A DNA stretch of 64,000 nucleotides from assembly GCF_009914755.1 (NCBI RefSeq), contig NC_060929.1, one strand, 5' to 3'. Source of the stretch: the human T2T-CHM13v2.0 reference genome, Homo sapiens. Every line of letters begins with the position of its first letter. Position 1 is the stretch's first letter. Below, one piece after another: positions 25,406 through 36,967 of the stretch. The position numbers and the translations under genes were made by a program. The notes under the pieces are model-generated. The model saw only the letters and a program-made list of their open reading frames with translations. It was not told the DNA's origin and did no database searches.

Positions 25406-26246
25406 TGTTACCAGAAAAGGGGTCTTGTCCCAAGAGCCCTTGGGATCTCACGCAGCTAAAAATTCAGGGCGTGTTACAGAATACAGTAAATTTAGCATAG
25501 TTTATTAGAGACTATTACAGAGTAGGGTGACCTCAGAGAGCAAGATGAGAAACATCACTTCCAAAAATATAATGCTTACTTATATAGGATATTAAAGTTA
25601 AGAATAATGCGCTTTATTACAAAGGCTTGTGATCAGCCTGTGACAGGCTATTAGTATTTTTATTCTCTTGTGTAACTATTGATTTCAACAAGAATTTATG
25701 GTTATTCTATTATCTTAAAGCGAAACCTGTTCTTAAATTAAGAATTCTTGTCCGGGCGCGTTGGCTCACGCCTGTAATCCCAGCACTCTGGGAAGCTGAG
25801 GCGGGTGGATCACAAGGTCAGGAGATGGAGACCATCCTGGCTAACACGGTGAAAACTCGTCTCTACTAAAAATATAAAAAAATAGCCAGGCGTGGTGGCG
25901 GGTGCCTGTAGTTCCAGCTACTCAGGAGGCTGAGGCAGGAGAATGGCGTGAACCTGGGAGGCAGAGTTTGTAATGAGCTGAGATCGTGCCACTGCACTCC
26001 AGCCTGGGCGACACAGCGAGACACCTCCTCAAAAAAAAAAAAAAAAAAAAAAAAAACCAAAAATAAAAAGAATTCTTTTTGTCCTAAGGGGTCTTATTTA
26101 GTTAGTTAGCATCATTAACTCATTCCCTCAACCATAAACATCTTGTCACCAAGAGTACCTAACTTCGTGGGAATATCCCCCAGCAAGTCTCACTTTATTG
26201 GGTCTCTATTCAAGATGGAGTCATTCTGGTATGGACGCCTCTGACA
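25406..26246 (-). mobile_element. MER41-family ERV1 solo LTR, interrupted by AluY
   Basis: Termini tgttaccagaaaagggg and tattcaagatggagtcattctggt..acgcctctgaca. 4-bp TSD taat. Confidence 0.8.
25750..26067 (+). mobile_element. AluY
   Basis: Diagnostic gagaccatcctggctaacacggtg and gagaatggcgtgaacc. TSD aagaattctt. Confidence 0.95.
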
Positions 26247-27203
26247 TAATCAAGAAATGGATAAGTTTGGTCACATTCAGAACTTTTAGATCCATTAATA
26301 TATTTTCAATACTACGTTAGTTGGGTCTTACATGAAACCTCTGAAACTTTCCAAGGTGTTATGGAACAGAAATTACTCCGGGCTTTGTCCAACTAACTGA
26401 ACTCTGCAAGTGGAGTCATTTCTTGGCATTTGTTAAAAGATATTTGATGCAATGATAAACACTGTTTCCAAACAATCAGTCAGATCTTATTCAAGTAGCC
26501 TGTCTGAAATCTATAGCTGTTTGGTCTCTTACACTGTTCTCATCAGGATTCTGTCCAAGGACAAGTAGTAAGTAAACCATATGGATTTTAATCTCCCCTG
26601 GTGAGTGAAAATGTGTTTGATTGCACAGCTGAGAGCTTCTACAGAGGAAGGCCAGCACACATGAAACAGATGCAAACCCCTGCTGGATCCTGCTATACAT
26701 CTTCTTTGAAAATGGGTTGTGACAGGGCTTTTATTTATATAAGGTAGGCATACTTTCCTGGCTTCTGTGACTCTAAAGAAAAATTTCTGTAAGACTTTTG
26801 AAATAAACTTTGTCTTCTCCTTTTAATCTGTGGTAATTCATAGGAAAGCCTACTATTCCATTGGAAACATATTTAAGTTTTTTGAATTCCCCCTACTTAT
26901 ACATAGGTGAAATGAGGATAATGGCTTATGTTGTAGCAAAAGTTTAAAACCACTTGTCCTTTTTAAAAAATAAATTATAGTATAACAGTATGTTAAAATG
27001 GGACTTTCTGCCTCAGTTTAGGCTAATCTCCAAGAAAATGGGTGGTTAAGAGTTTCACATTTCAAAGTGAGGTTCTAGCTCACTTAATCAGAACTTGTAA
27101 AAAAGATGTTTAAGAAAAGTTTTTGTGAACCCTAGCAGAGCCATTATCTGGCCAAATAAATGTAGACACTGAAGAATGAGCTGAGAGTTCTAACATCCCC
27201 CCA

Positions 27204-27656
27204 TGTTAGGGTGAGGGGAGGATGAGTCATGTTTTCTCCTATTTCAAGTCAGGGGCAGGAGCCTCCTAGGACCACTCAAAAATCTTGATGGGTTTTGCTG
27301 TGGGTCAAAGATGAATATTTCCAGTGGACCAAATTGTAGGTTGACTGCTGAAGAAAGACATTCTTCAATCCAAGAGGGACTTTTCTCAAGATGTCCACTG
27401 GAACATAAAGGACGCCAAACAGATGTAGCAGTGGATCCAAGAGTAGTCAACGGGGTTAACCGAAAGTGCCATTTGGATGAGAGGAGTGCTGGTGAGGGGC
27501 CCCAGGACGTGAGGATGTGTAAAAAAGCCCATAAAGCACCTGACAAAAAAAACAGCTCTCATTAAAGATCATTCATGTTCTGTCTACATCAACACTGGAT
27601 CAACTCGTATCTTTTTCCTCTCCATTTAATTCCCATCTAGGGGATGAGTTAGAACA
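27204..27656 (+). mobile_element. Possible ancient solo LTR, family not recognised
   Basis: TG...CA bounds, higher GC than the flanks, TATA-like tgtaaaaaa (~27518) and attaaa (27561) in LTR-like order. No TSD seen. Confidence 0.35.
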
Positions 27657-27740
27657 AAAAGGGAAATGCCCACTATGTCTCCGATTTTCACTTCAGACTT
27701 TCAACCTTCAGATATCCTGAGGTAGACATACAAACAAATT

Positions 27741-28021
27741 CTTGTAATTCCAGCACTTTGGGAGGCCTAGGTGGGAGGATCACGAGGTCGGAGTTCAAGA
27801 CCAGCCTGACCAACATGGTGAAACCCCGTCTCTACTAAAAATACAAAAATTAGCCAGGCATGGTGGTGCGTGCCTGTAATACCAGCCACTCAGGAGGCTG
27901 AGGGAGGAGAATCGCTTGAACCCGGGAGGCAGAGGATGCAGTGAGCCAAGATCGTGACACTGCACTCCAGGCTGGGCAACAGAGCGAGATTCTGTCTCAA
28001 GAAAAAAAAAAGACCAAAAAA
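27741..28021 (+). mobile_element. 5'-truncated AluS (Sg-like)
   Basis: ggatcacgaggtc..gagttcaagaccagcctgaccaacatgg. aaattct on both sides. Confidence 0.95.
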
Positions 28022-28030
28022 AAATTCTAC

Positions 28031-28354
28031 TTTTATTTATTTATTTAATTTTATTTATTTACTTTTTTGAGACAGGGTTTAACTCTGTCACCCAGGTCAG
28101 AATGCAGTGGCACAATCACAGCTCATTGCATCTTCAAACTCTTGGGTTTAAGTGATCCTCCCACCTCAGTCTCCTTAGTAGCTGGGACTACAGACACACT
28201 CTGCCAAACTCTGCTAGGATTTTAATTTATATTTTGCAGACACAGTGTCTTACTATGTTGCCCAGACTGGTCTTGAACTCCTGGCCCCAAACAGTCCTTC
28301 CACCTCGGCCTTCCAAAGTGCTGGGATTACAGTGTGAGCCAACACACGTGGCCT
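28031..28354 (-). mobile_element. AluJ (Jo/Jr-like)
   Basis: (TTTA)n tail, aatcacagctcattgca, tcttactatgttgcccag. Confidence 0.93.
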
Positions 28355-28767
28355 TAACTTTTCTTTTTAAAACAGTTTTATTGAGGTGACAGGTTTATTT
28401 ATACTTTCCTACATATGTTAACAGTTTTATTTACTATCATAAAATTTAACTATTTTAAGTAAATATTTCAGTTATTTTTAGGAGGCTCATAGACTTACAC
28501 AACCATAACTAAACATTTAAAACATTTCCACCAGCTCAAAAATTTTTTTTTGTTTCTTTCTGTCAACCTCAGCCCTAAGGCAACCACTCAATGCCCAGCC
28601 TTAAGGCAAACACTCATGTGTTTTCAGTCTCTATGCATGGGCCTTTTCTAGAAACTTCATATCAATTGAGTGATACAATATGTAATCTTTTATGTCTGGC
28701 TTATTTCATTAGCATATCTTTGAAGTTCTTCCACATTGTAACATGTATCACTACTAACTTGTATCAC

Positions 28768-29759
28768 TGTGTCCTGAATTGGTGGGTTCTTGTCTCCCTG
28801 ACTTCAAGAATGAAGCCAGGGACCCTGGTGGTGAGTGTGAGTGTTACAATTCTTAAAGATGGTGTGTCCGGAGTTTGTTCCTTCAGATGTTCAGATGTGT
28901 CCGGAGTTTCTTCCTTCTGGTGGGTTCGTGGTCTCCCTGGCTTTAGGAGTGAAGCTGCAGACCTTCGCGGTGAGTGTTACAGCTCTTAAAGGTGGCGCAT
29001 CGGGAGTTGCTCCTTCCTTCTGGTGGGTTCGTGGTTTCTCTGGCTTCAGGAGTGAAGCTGCAGACCTTCTCGGTGCTACAGCTCATAAAGGCAGCCCAGA
29101 CCCAAAGTGTAAACAGCAGAAAGATTTATTGCAAAGAGCGAAAAGAACAAACCTTCCACAGCATGGTGGCCTGCTTTTATTCCGTTATCTGGCCCCACCC
29201 ACATCCTGCTTATTGGTCCATTTTACAGAGAGCTGATTGGTCTATTTTACAGAGAGCTGATTGGTCCGTTTTGGCAGGGTGCTGCTGGGTGCCGTTACAA
29301 ACCTTTAGCTAGACACCGAGTGCTGATTGGTGCTTACAGTCCTTTAGCCAGACAGAAAGGTTCTCCAAGTCCCCACTCCACCCAGAAGCCCAGCCGGTTT
29401 CACCTCTCACCGGGGCTCTGCGGCACCCAGCCCCGGCGCTCAGGCAGCCCAGAGGGAGCTAGTCCCTGATCAAGTCCAGCAGGCGCCGGCTGGCCGAGCC
29501 GCGTGCGGGTCCCACTGAGCCTGCGCCAACCCAGAACCCGCGCCTGCCCGCGAACGCGGCGCGCAGTTCGGGCTCCCGCCAGCACCTCTCCCTTCACACC
29601 TTCCGGTGAGCAGAGGGAGCTGGCTCCGGCATCGGCCAGCCCCAGAGAGGGGCCCTCATAGCGCAGCGGCAGGCTGAAGGGCTCCTGGCGTGTGGCCAGA
29701 GCGGAGGCCCAGGAGGCGCGGAAAGCGAGCCAGGGCTGCTAGCACGTTTTCACCTCTCA
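28768..29759 (-). mobile_element. LTR12 (ERV9) solo LTR, ~990 bp, LTR12D/B-like
   Basis: tgtgtcctgaattggtgggttc...ggagtgaagctgcagaccttc repeats, gctgattgg repeats, and cacctctca end. Perfect 4-bp TSD tcac. Confidence 0.96.
29174..29330 (-). promoter_or_regulatory. LTR12 U3 core promoter motifs (CCAAT x4, GATA, TATA-like AATAAAAG), pointing leftwards
   Basis: attgg at 29212, 29236, 29260 and 29326; ttatct at 29185; cttttatt at 29174. Activity is not demonstrated. Confidence 0.65.
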
Positions 29760-30326
29760 TCACTACTATCATGATCACTACTATCATATTTGTGAGTATT
29801 ATTTCATACTGTGTATATATCTCAATTTGTTATTCTAGTCACCAGTTAGTGGACACTTAGAATGGTTATAATTTTGGGCTATCATGAATACTGTTTGCTA
29901 TGAACACTCCATGTATAAGTCTTTGTGTGAACATATGGGTCATGTGTCTTGGGTAGATACCTAGAAGTGGAATTGGTGGATCATATGGTAAGCACTGTTT
30001 TCCAAGGTGATTATACCAGTTTACATTCTCATCAGCATTGTATAAGTGTTCTAGTTGCTTCACATCCTGGCCAACTTGATATTGTCAGTTGTTTTGATTG
30101 TAGCCATTCTAGTCGGTGGTAATGGTATCGCATTGTGGATTTAACTTACATTTCCCTAAGGGCGAATGGTGTTGAACATCTTATTTTTTTAAATTTTATT
30201 TTTATCAACATAAAAGAAGGAACTTTGTTTTGTTTTTATTAAGTTGTTTGCTTTACTCTAAGTTCTTTGCATTCTCATATACATTTTAGAATTAGCTTGT
30301 TAATTTCTGTAAAAAAGCCTAAAAGG

Positions 30327-30635
30327 TTTTATTTTGTTTTGTTTTGTTTTTTTGAGACAGAGTCTCACTTTGTCACCCAGGCTGGAGTGCAGTGGCACAA
30401 ATATTGCTTACTGCAGCCTTGACCTTACCAGCTCAAGCAATCCTCCTCCCTCAGCCTCCCGAGTAGCTGTAACTACAGGCATGTGCCACCATGTCCAGCT
30501 AATTTTTGTATTCTTTGTGTAGACGGGGTTTTCCCTTGTTTCCTGGGCTGGTACTGAACTCCTGAGCTCAAGTGATCCGCCCATCTTGGCCTCCTATAGT
30601 GCTGGGATTACAGACCTGAGCCACTGCGTCTGGCC
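30327..30635 (-). mobile_element. AluJ (Jb-like)
   Basis: (TTTTG)n tail, ctgcagccttgacc, ctcctgagctcaagtgatcc. Confidence 0.93.
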
Positions 30636-32049
30636 AGCCTGATTGGATTTTAATAGGAATTACATTGAATCTATAGATCAATTTGGAAATAATTGCCACA
30701 AAATTTTAAATTGAAGGAAGTTTGGATTTTTAAAAATTGTTACACAAGAATGAACATTTAATTAATAAACTGAAAGTGTTCTTGTATACAGATGTGACTA
30801 GAGAACATTCAGTCTCTGAGTCACCAAAGTAATGGGATTGCCATTGACTTTCATTCAGGTGCAGGACAGAGCCTGCCTGCCCCTCAAGGTGGATTTTAAG
30901 AGGCCAGTCATGAAGAAAGATAATGTTGTGGACTGTTTGTACCTATTTGACCTATTCTTTTAGCTTATTAATTGAAGTTTTAGTCAAAGTCATTTGATAT
31001 AATCAGAAATTCTGCCTTTTACTTTTTCTCAATTTTATTAAAGCTTTTGACTAATATACCTGTAAAATTATAGAAATTGTAGTAACATAAACACCTCATG
31101 TTTGTTTGTATTTTCATCAAACCATTCTTTCATTTATGTGTTTATTTTTCAATTGAACAATATGCAGAGAACAAAAACCACATCTAATCCCCCACGTTCC
31201 CTGCCAAATCTTTGTAATACCTTAAGATTTGTAAAAATCAATCAATCTTTTACAGCCCTTAAGGAATTGCAAATATATATATATTTTAAAGCCAAAGAGA
31301 AGGGAGTATAAAGGTTCTTTTGTCTACCATTTTATATTCTTCGGCATGCTCTCTGGATCCTTCACTTCCTTCAGCTGTTTTTATGTAGTATACACAAAGA
31401 AAATGTTACTTTCAGGGAAAATTGCATGCATTATTTACCTACGGGTTATTAAAAAATGCAAGGAAAACATTATTTGACCTGATAAACTCTCTTAGTGATG
31501 ACATAAATGGTCTAAGAATCTAAGTCTCTGAGTAAAATAGAATGGAGAGACATTGAAAAAAAACAACAATAAGACAAAAAAAAAATCCCCAAACAGGGCT
31601 AAAGACACACAGTCTGATCTCCCTGGGGAAATGAGGACTCAGTCACAGCAACTATTGATAACATAATGAGGGACATTGCTCCTATTTTTATCTTTTCCCA
31701 TGATTAGTTAAATAAGGAAATTAAATAAGACAAAGAATGAATACTTGAGAAAGAAACAAACATCACATAATTACAGCCATTTGTCCACTTCCTGACTTTA
31801 TTGCTGAATTTTCCTTTAACCTTAAAGATGCCCATATTTTATTTGGTCAACCTGGTGCAGAAGGAAGTTAATGAAGACCTAACAATTCAGAGAAGAATAG
31901 TGTTTCTTTGAAATCACTTTACTGATGACCAGGACTAGCAGATGACCGTTTTGTTCTTTTTCCTTTTGAAAGGTACCAGACCCAATAGCTGATAGCAGTA
32001 AGCACTTTAGATGATTAACTTGGTCTGAATCTTGGCTTTATTTCTTCTA

Positions 32050-32234
32050 ACAGAAGACACTTTGGTGTATATAAGAAGCACTTAAGATTCTTGTTAAAAA
32101 TGCAGTTTCCTGGGCCCCATTTTCAGAAATTCTGATTTAGTGTCTCCTGGCAACACCCAGGATAATCTGCATTTTAATAAGGATCATAGGTGTCTTTATT
32201 GCTAAAGCACTGGGCCACACTTTGAGAAAACTGC
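32050..32234. mobile_element. MER5-family MITE
   Basis: cttgttaaaaatgcagtttcctgggcccc...ttctgatttagt...atctgcattttaa...ccacactttgagaaaactg. Confidence 0.75.
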
Positions 32235-33481
32235 TCTGATGAGTGTGTTTTCTGACACAATTTTGCAACGGAATCATCTCTCCCAAAGGACTGCTTTGGC
32301 TGTGCATTTATAGCCAGTTGAAGGTTTGATAAGAACAGCTGAGGAGTTGTGAATAGTGCTTAATTGTAGGAAAGCTAATTAGCCTCTCAAAGGACAGAGG
32401 TAATAAATTATGGATTGTAACTTATTTTAATAGTCACAGCTTAAGTGGACGGCACAATGAGGCATAAGCAGTTTAACTTGATTAACACACTTCAGAACTC
32501 ATTAAATCTATCATTTTTCTGTTCCATCCCATTCCTTCCTCCTTGATCTTTATTTTCTCTTTTCATATATCTTTTTTTCTGTTTTCTCTTTCAGTAGATG
32601 ATCTCAATCTATATGTCTCCTCCTCATGATTTCTCTCATTTTATGTTGAACCTCCTATATCTTTTTATTTCTTTCACTTTCCATCAAGCTGTTATTTTTA
32701 TACTCCACTCATATTTATTTCTTTTTCTTATTTTTTTTCCCTCTCTCCAATGGATATCTTTCTATCTTATATGCAGACCGTTCAATACAACCACTTCTTC
32801 CTGATAGCATCCCAACTGAGTTATACTATTCAGAACGTTATTGATGATCAAATGAGATAATTTATAGGAAAGTGCTTTGAAAATAAGTAAAGATTTATTA
32901 AGCTAACACATAAAGATTTATTTCAACTTTAAAACTTAGCAAGAATCGTTGCAGGAATCTATTTCAAGATTGTTTTCACAAACAGAGGGAAGAAGACACA
33001 AGTGACAAGAACACAACACAGTCAGGCTCTCCATGTTACTCCTGGAGGAAACTAACGTTTTAGAGTCAGTACACTCACATGGAGGAAGGAAGCAGCCCAA
33101 TAGGATAGGTCAGAGCTGAGGTCCCTGCTCTTCTATCATTGGGAGGGGTGGATGGAAGAACACATCCACACTGAAGGGAAATTAAGAACATTTAGGAAAT
33201 TTTGATCTTAAAAGAAACTAAGAAAATTCTGCCCAAAGATTTCAAGAAAATTCCTAATCTTACATTTTTACACACTACTCTGTTCTATTTATTGCAACAA
33301 CATTGGTTTACAGAAGTCTGACCATAGCCTACTTATAGATTTTTCTATTTTGCATTATTTGCTTACTCTAAATATAATATGTGAGATGAAAGCAAGATAA
33401 GTGCTTAATTATTTTTTCTATTTACTAATTTTCATAACAATGAGTGGATATTCTAGTAATTTCCAAAGATAATTCTTAAGG

Positions 33482-34168
33482 TTTTTTTTTTAATTTTTAA
33501 GTTCAGGGGCACATGTGCAGTTTTGTTACATAGGCAAAGTTGTGTCATGGGGGTTTATTGTACAGATTATTTCATTACCCAGGTATTAAGCCTAGTACCC
33601 ATTAGTTATTTTTCCTGATCCTCTCCCTCCTCCCACCCTCCACCCTCTAATAGGGCCCAGTGTATGGTTTTTCCCCTCTGTGTGTCCCTGTGTTCTCATC
33701 ATTTAGCTCCCACTTATAAGTGAGAACATGTGGTATTTGGTTTTCTGTTCCTGTGTTAGTTTACTAAAGATAATGGTCTCCTGCTCCATCCATGTCCCTG
33801 CAAAGGATATGATCTTGTTCTTTTTTATGGCTGCAAAGTGATAATATTCCATGACATATATGTACCACATTTTCTTTATCCAGTCTATGATTCATGGACA
33901 TTTAGGTTGATTCCATGTCTTTGCTATTGTGAATAGTGTTGCAGTGATCATACGTGTACATGTGTCTTTACAATAGAATGATTTATATTCCTTTGGGTGT
34001 ATATCCAGTAATGGGATTGCTAGGTTGAATAGTATTTCTGTCTTTAGGTCTTTGAAGAATCGCCACATTGTCTTCCACAATGGTTGAACTAGTTTACGTT
34101 CCCACCAGCAGTAGATAAGCATTCCTCTTTCTCTACAACCTCACCATCATCTATTATTTTTGGACGTT
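33482..34168 (-). mobile_element. 5'-truncated L1PA (L1PA11-13-like) 3' end
   Basis: Antisense 3'UTR gtattaagcctagtacccattagttatttttcctgatcc. Minus ORF CWWERKLVQPLWKTMWRF...WNQPKCP. Confidence 0.95.
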
Positions 34169-34219
34169 TTCTTTTAATTTGTCATTATATACTCAGTAAA
34201 CATTATTTGACAATTCTGT

Positions 34220-34560
34220 ATGTTGCAGTTGTTATTTGTTATTATTGTTATTCAAACAGTTCTATCTTTGAAAAGTGAGAGCTTGTCTTCAGGTTGGCAC
34301 TATGTCTTTTGAACACAGTGGTCTTTGTTTTCTGTCAAAATAGGATATCTCAGATATCTCTTATACATCACTTGATCCAGCCTGAAGTCAGCTAAGTCCC
34401 CAAGGAGTCTTGGTTTCTTTCAGTAAGGAAAGTATAATTAGAATTCCACAATTTGGAAGTTGCCTGGTGTCTTACTCTCTTGATTAGAAGACAAAAGAAC
34501 ATTGAGAGGAAATGGCAGCATGATCAGAGGACAGTAGTTTGTGTAAATACTTTAGGAAAA
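34220..34560 (-). mobile_element. L1MC-like 3'UTR fragment
   Basis: cttcaggttggc...ccagcctgaagtcagc...ccaaggagtcttggtttctttcagt motifs. Confidence 0.55.
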
Positions 34561-35695
34561 CAAGAATGCTGGTGATTTTAATAATTAAAATATATCTTTG
34601 CAAGCTATCTTTCATTTTTATTCTAGCATAACTTGCTTCCTTATGTTTTGGTTTAACATTTTTTTCTGATTTTGTAGATACATATTTATTATCCTTTTTT
34701 TTGTTTTGTGTCTCCTCGGTATTAACTTTATTAACTGTGAAAAACAAAATTGCTACTATGAATGACTTGAGCAAACAGTCTCAACCAATGTTTTTCTCTT
34801 AGCTGGTTTATTAGTGTGCTGAGTAATGTGTGAATATATATTTAGGCTTAATATCTGGTTCATTAATTATCTAGTGCTATTTTCCCCCCTTCCAAATTGT
34901 AAAGCTCCTATTAATGAAACTGATGGGTAGCAAAATAACAGCTAATGAATCCTCTAATTTTGTATTAGTGTGTTACACAGCTAAGAGGCATATAGAGAAT
35001 TACAGTGTTTTAGAGGTATGCAATCTGGAAAAAATTGCTATTTTCTATCTTACAGATGAATAAATAGAGACTAAAAAAGATTAGATAATTTCCTCGATGA
35101 CACATATAAGGAAATATTGTTAAAAATATGACTTTCATCATTTTACCCTTGTATACCAATGCTCATTTTGTTTAGGGGAAATTAGGTGAATATTCAACTT
35201 TGTTTTAAATATGCTTAAGTGGAAGGAAAATAAACAACCAAGTATTTATTTGAAATATGTATGTAATTACATGTACGTGAGAAAAATATAGGCATTAAAT
35301 TAATTATATGGCATTCTCATCATGAAATTCCTTTTAAAGGAATGTTTAAGAAAGGACAATATGGTTGAGAAAATGTTTATGTAATAATAGAAAATGTATC
35401 CATGCTCAAATGATAGTGTATAAGTCAGTTTCTCACTTTTTTGAAGGTTTATTTTAAATTACATATCTTATATGAAGGTGATTTATAGATTTTCTTATAC
35501 TGCAATTTCGTTTGGTGGACAAACCCCAAATTAGGAAAGGAAACAATGCATTTAAATGATATAATGTTTTAAAATAAGTTTAGATGTATCTGTTTTTAAG
35601 GACACAGATTCCGCATTTCTATGAGCAGAAAGCAGACAGAGCACATTGAAATGGCTTGTAATTAACTTTCACAATGACTGTTTAGCTACCAGTAG

Positions 35696-36323
<628 letters not shown>

Positions 36324-36554
36324 CTCTCCAGTTTTTAAGAACATGCTTCTGTCTTGAATATTTGCCTAGACTTGTCTTTGTTATCTATTTATTTATAGAT
36401 AGTACCATGACAACCCTTACATTCTGTGAAATAAATATTTATTAAGTAAAACATACACATCACTGTGCCAGACAACATAGGAGATACTGTGGTAACAGAG
36501 TTCCTGACCTACAGGACCTGTAAGAATAAAAGCACAACCAAAATATGAAATGTG

Positions 36555-36967
36555 TAATACAGTAAAAGTGGCCTTACATCCTTCGCATCAAGAAGTGAAA
36601 TTCATTCTTCAATCCTTAAATGAAAACTGGCTCTCTCTATTAAATGAAAACTGGCTCTCTCTATTTCTTTTATCAATGGAATGAGGTAGTCTAGCCAATA
36701 GGTGAATGGAAGAACAGGTTGAAAAAAAAAGAAACAGGGCACACCAGCCAGCAGCTGGTGCAAGCTGCCCGACATGAATAAGACCGTCTGGAGCCTTCCT
36801 GCTGAGCTGAGCTCCCAGCTGAATGCAGACACATACATGACCATAGGCAAACTCAGCAGAGAAACCTCCTAGCCAATCCTCAAAATACATGAAAAATAAT
36901 ATTGGCTATTTGTTATCCACTAAGGACTTGGGGGTGGTCAACATAAAGTGGTATTTAACCAGAAACA
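36555..36967 (+). mobile_element. MLT1 (MLT1I/J-like) MaLR LTR remnant
   Basis: ccagctgaatgcag...aaaataatattggctatttg..ccactaag...gggtggt...taaccagaaaca end. Confidence 0.65.
36616..36664. repeat. 24-bp tandem duplication
   Basis: ttaaatgaaaactggctctctcta x2. Confidence 0.95.

Larger units (their letters stand above)
28364..30700 (-). mobile_element. Old L1M (L1MB-like) 3' region, split by LTR12 and AluJ
   Basis: acagttttattgaggt 3' terminus. The minus ORF contains LPYDPPIPLLGIYP. tacattgaatctatagatcaatttgg at the far end. Confidence 0.85.

Noticed and set aside
28591-29312. Three overlapping 112-132 aa ORFs
   Set aside because: They are antisense read-through of LTR12 internal repeats, with no coding evidence.
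31945-32003. Possible 25-nt micro-exon (pyrimidine tract-AG ... GTAAGC)
   Set aside because: The splice-like motifs are weak and common by chance, and there are no partner exons or transcript evidence.
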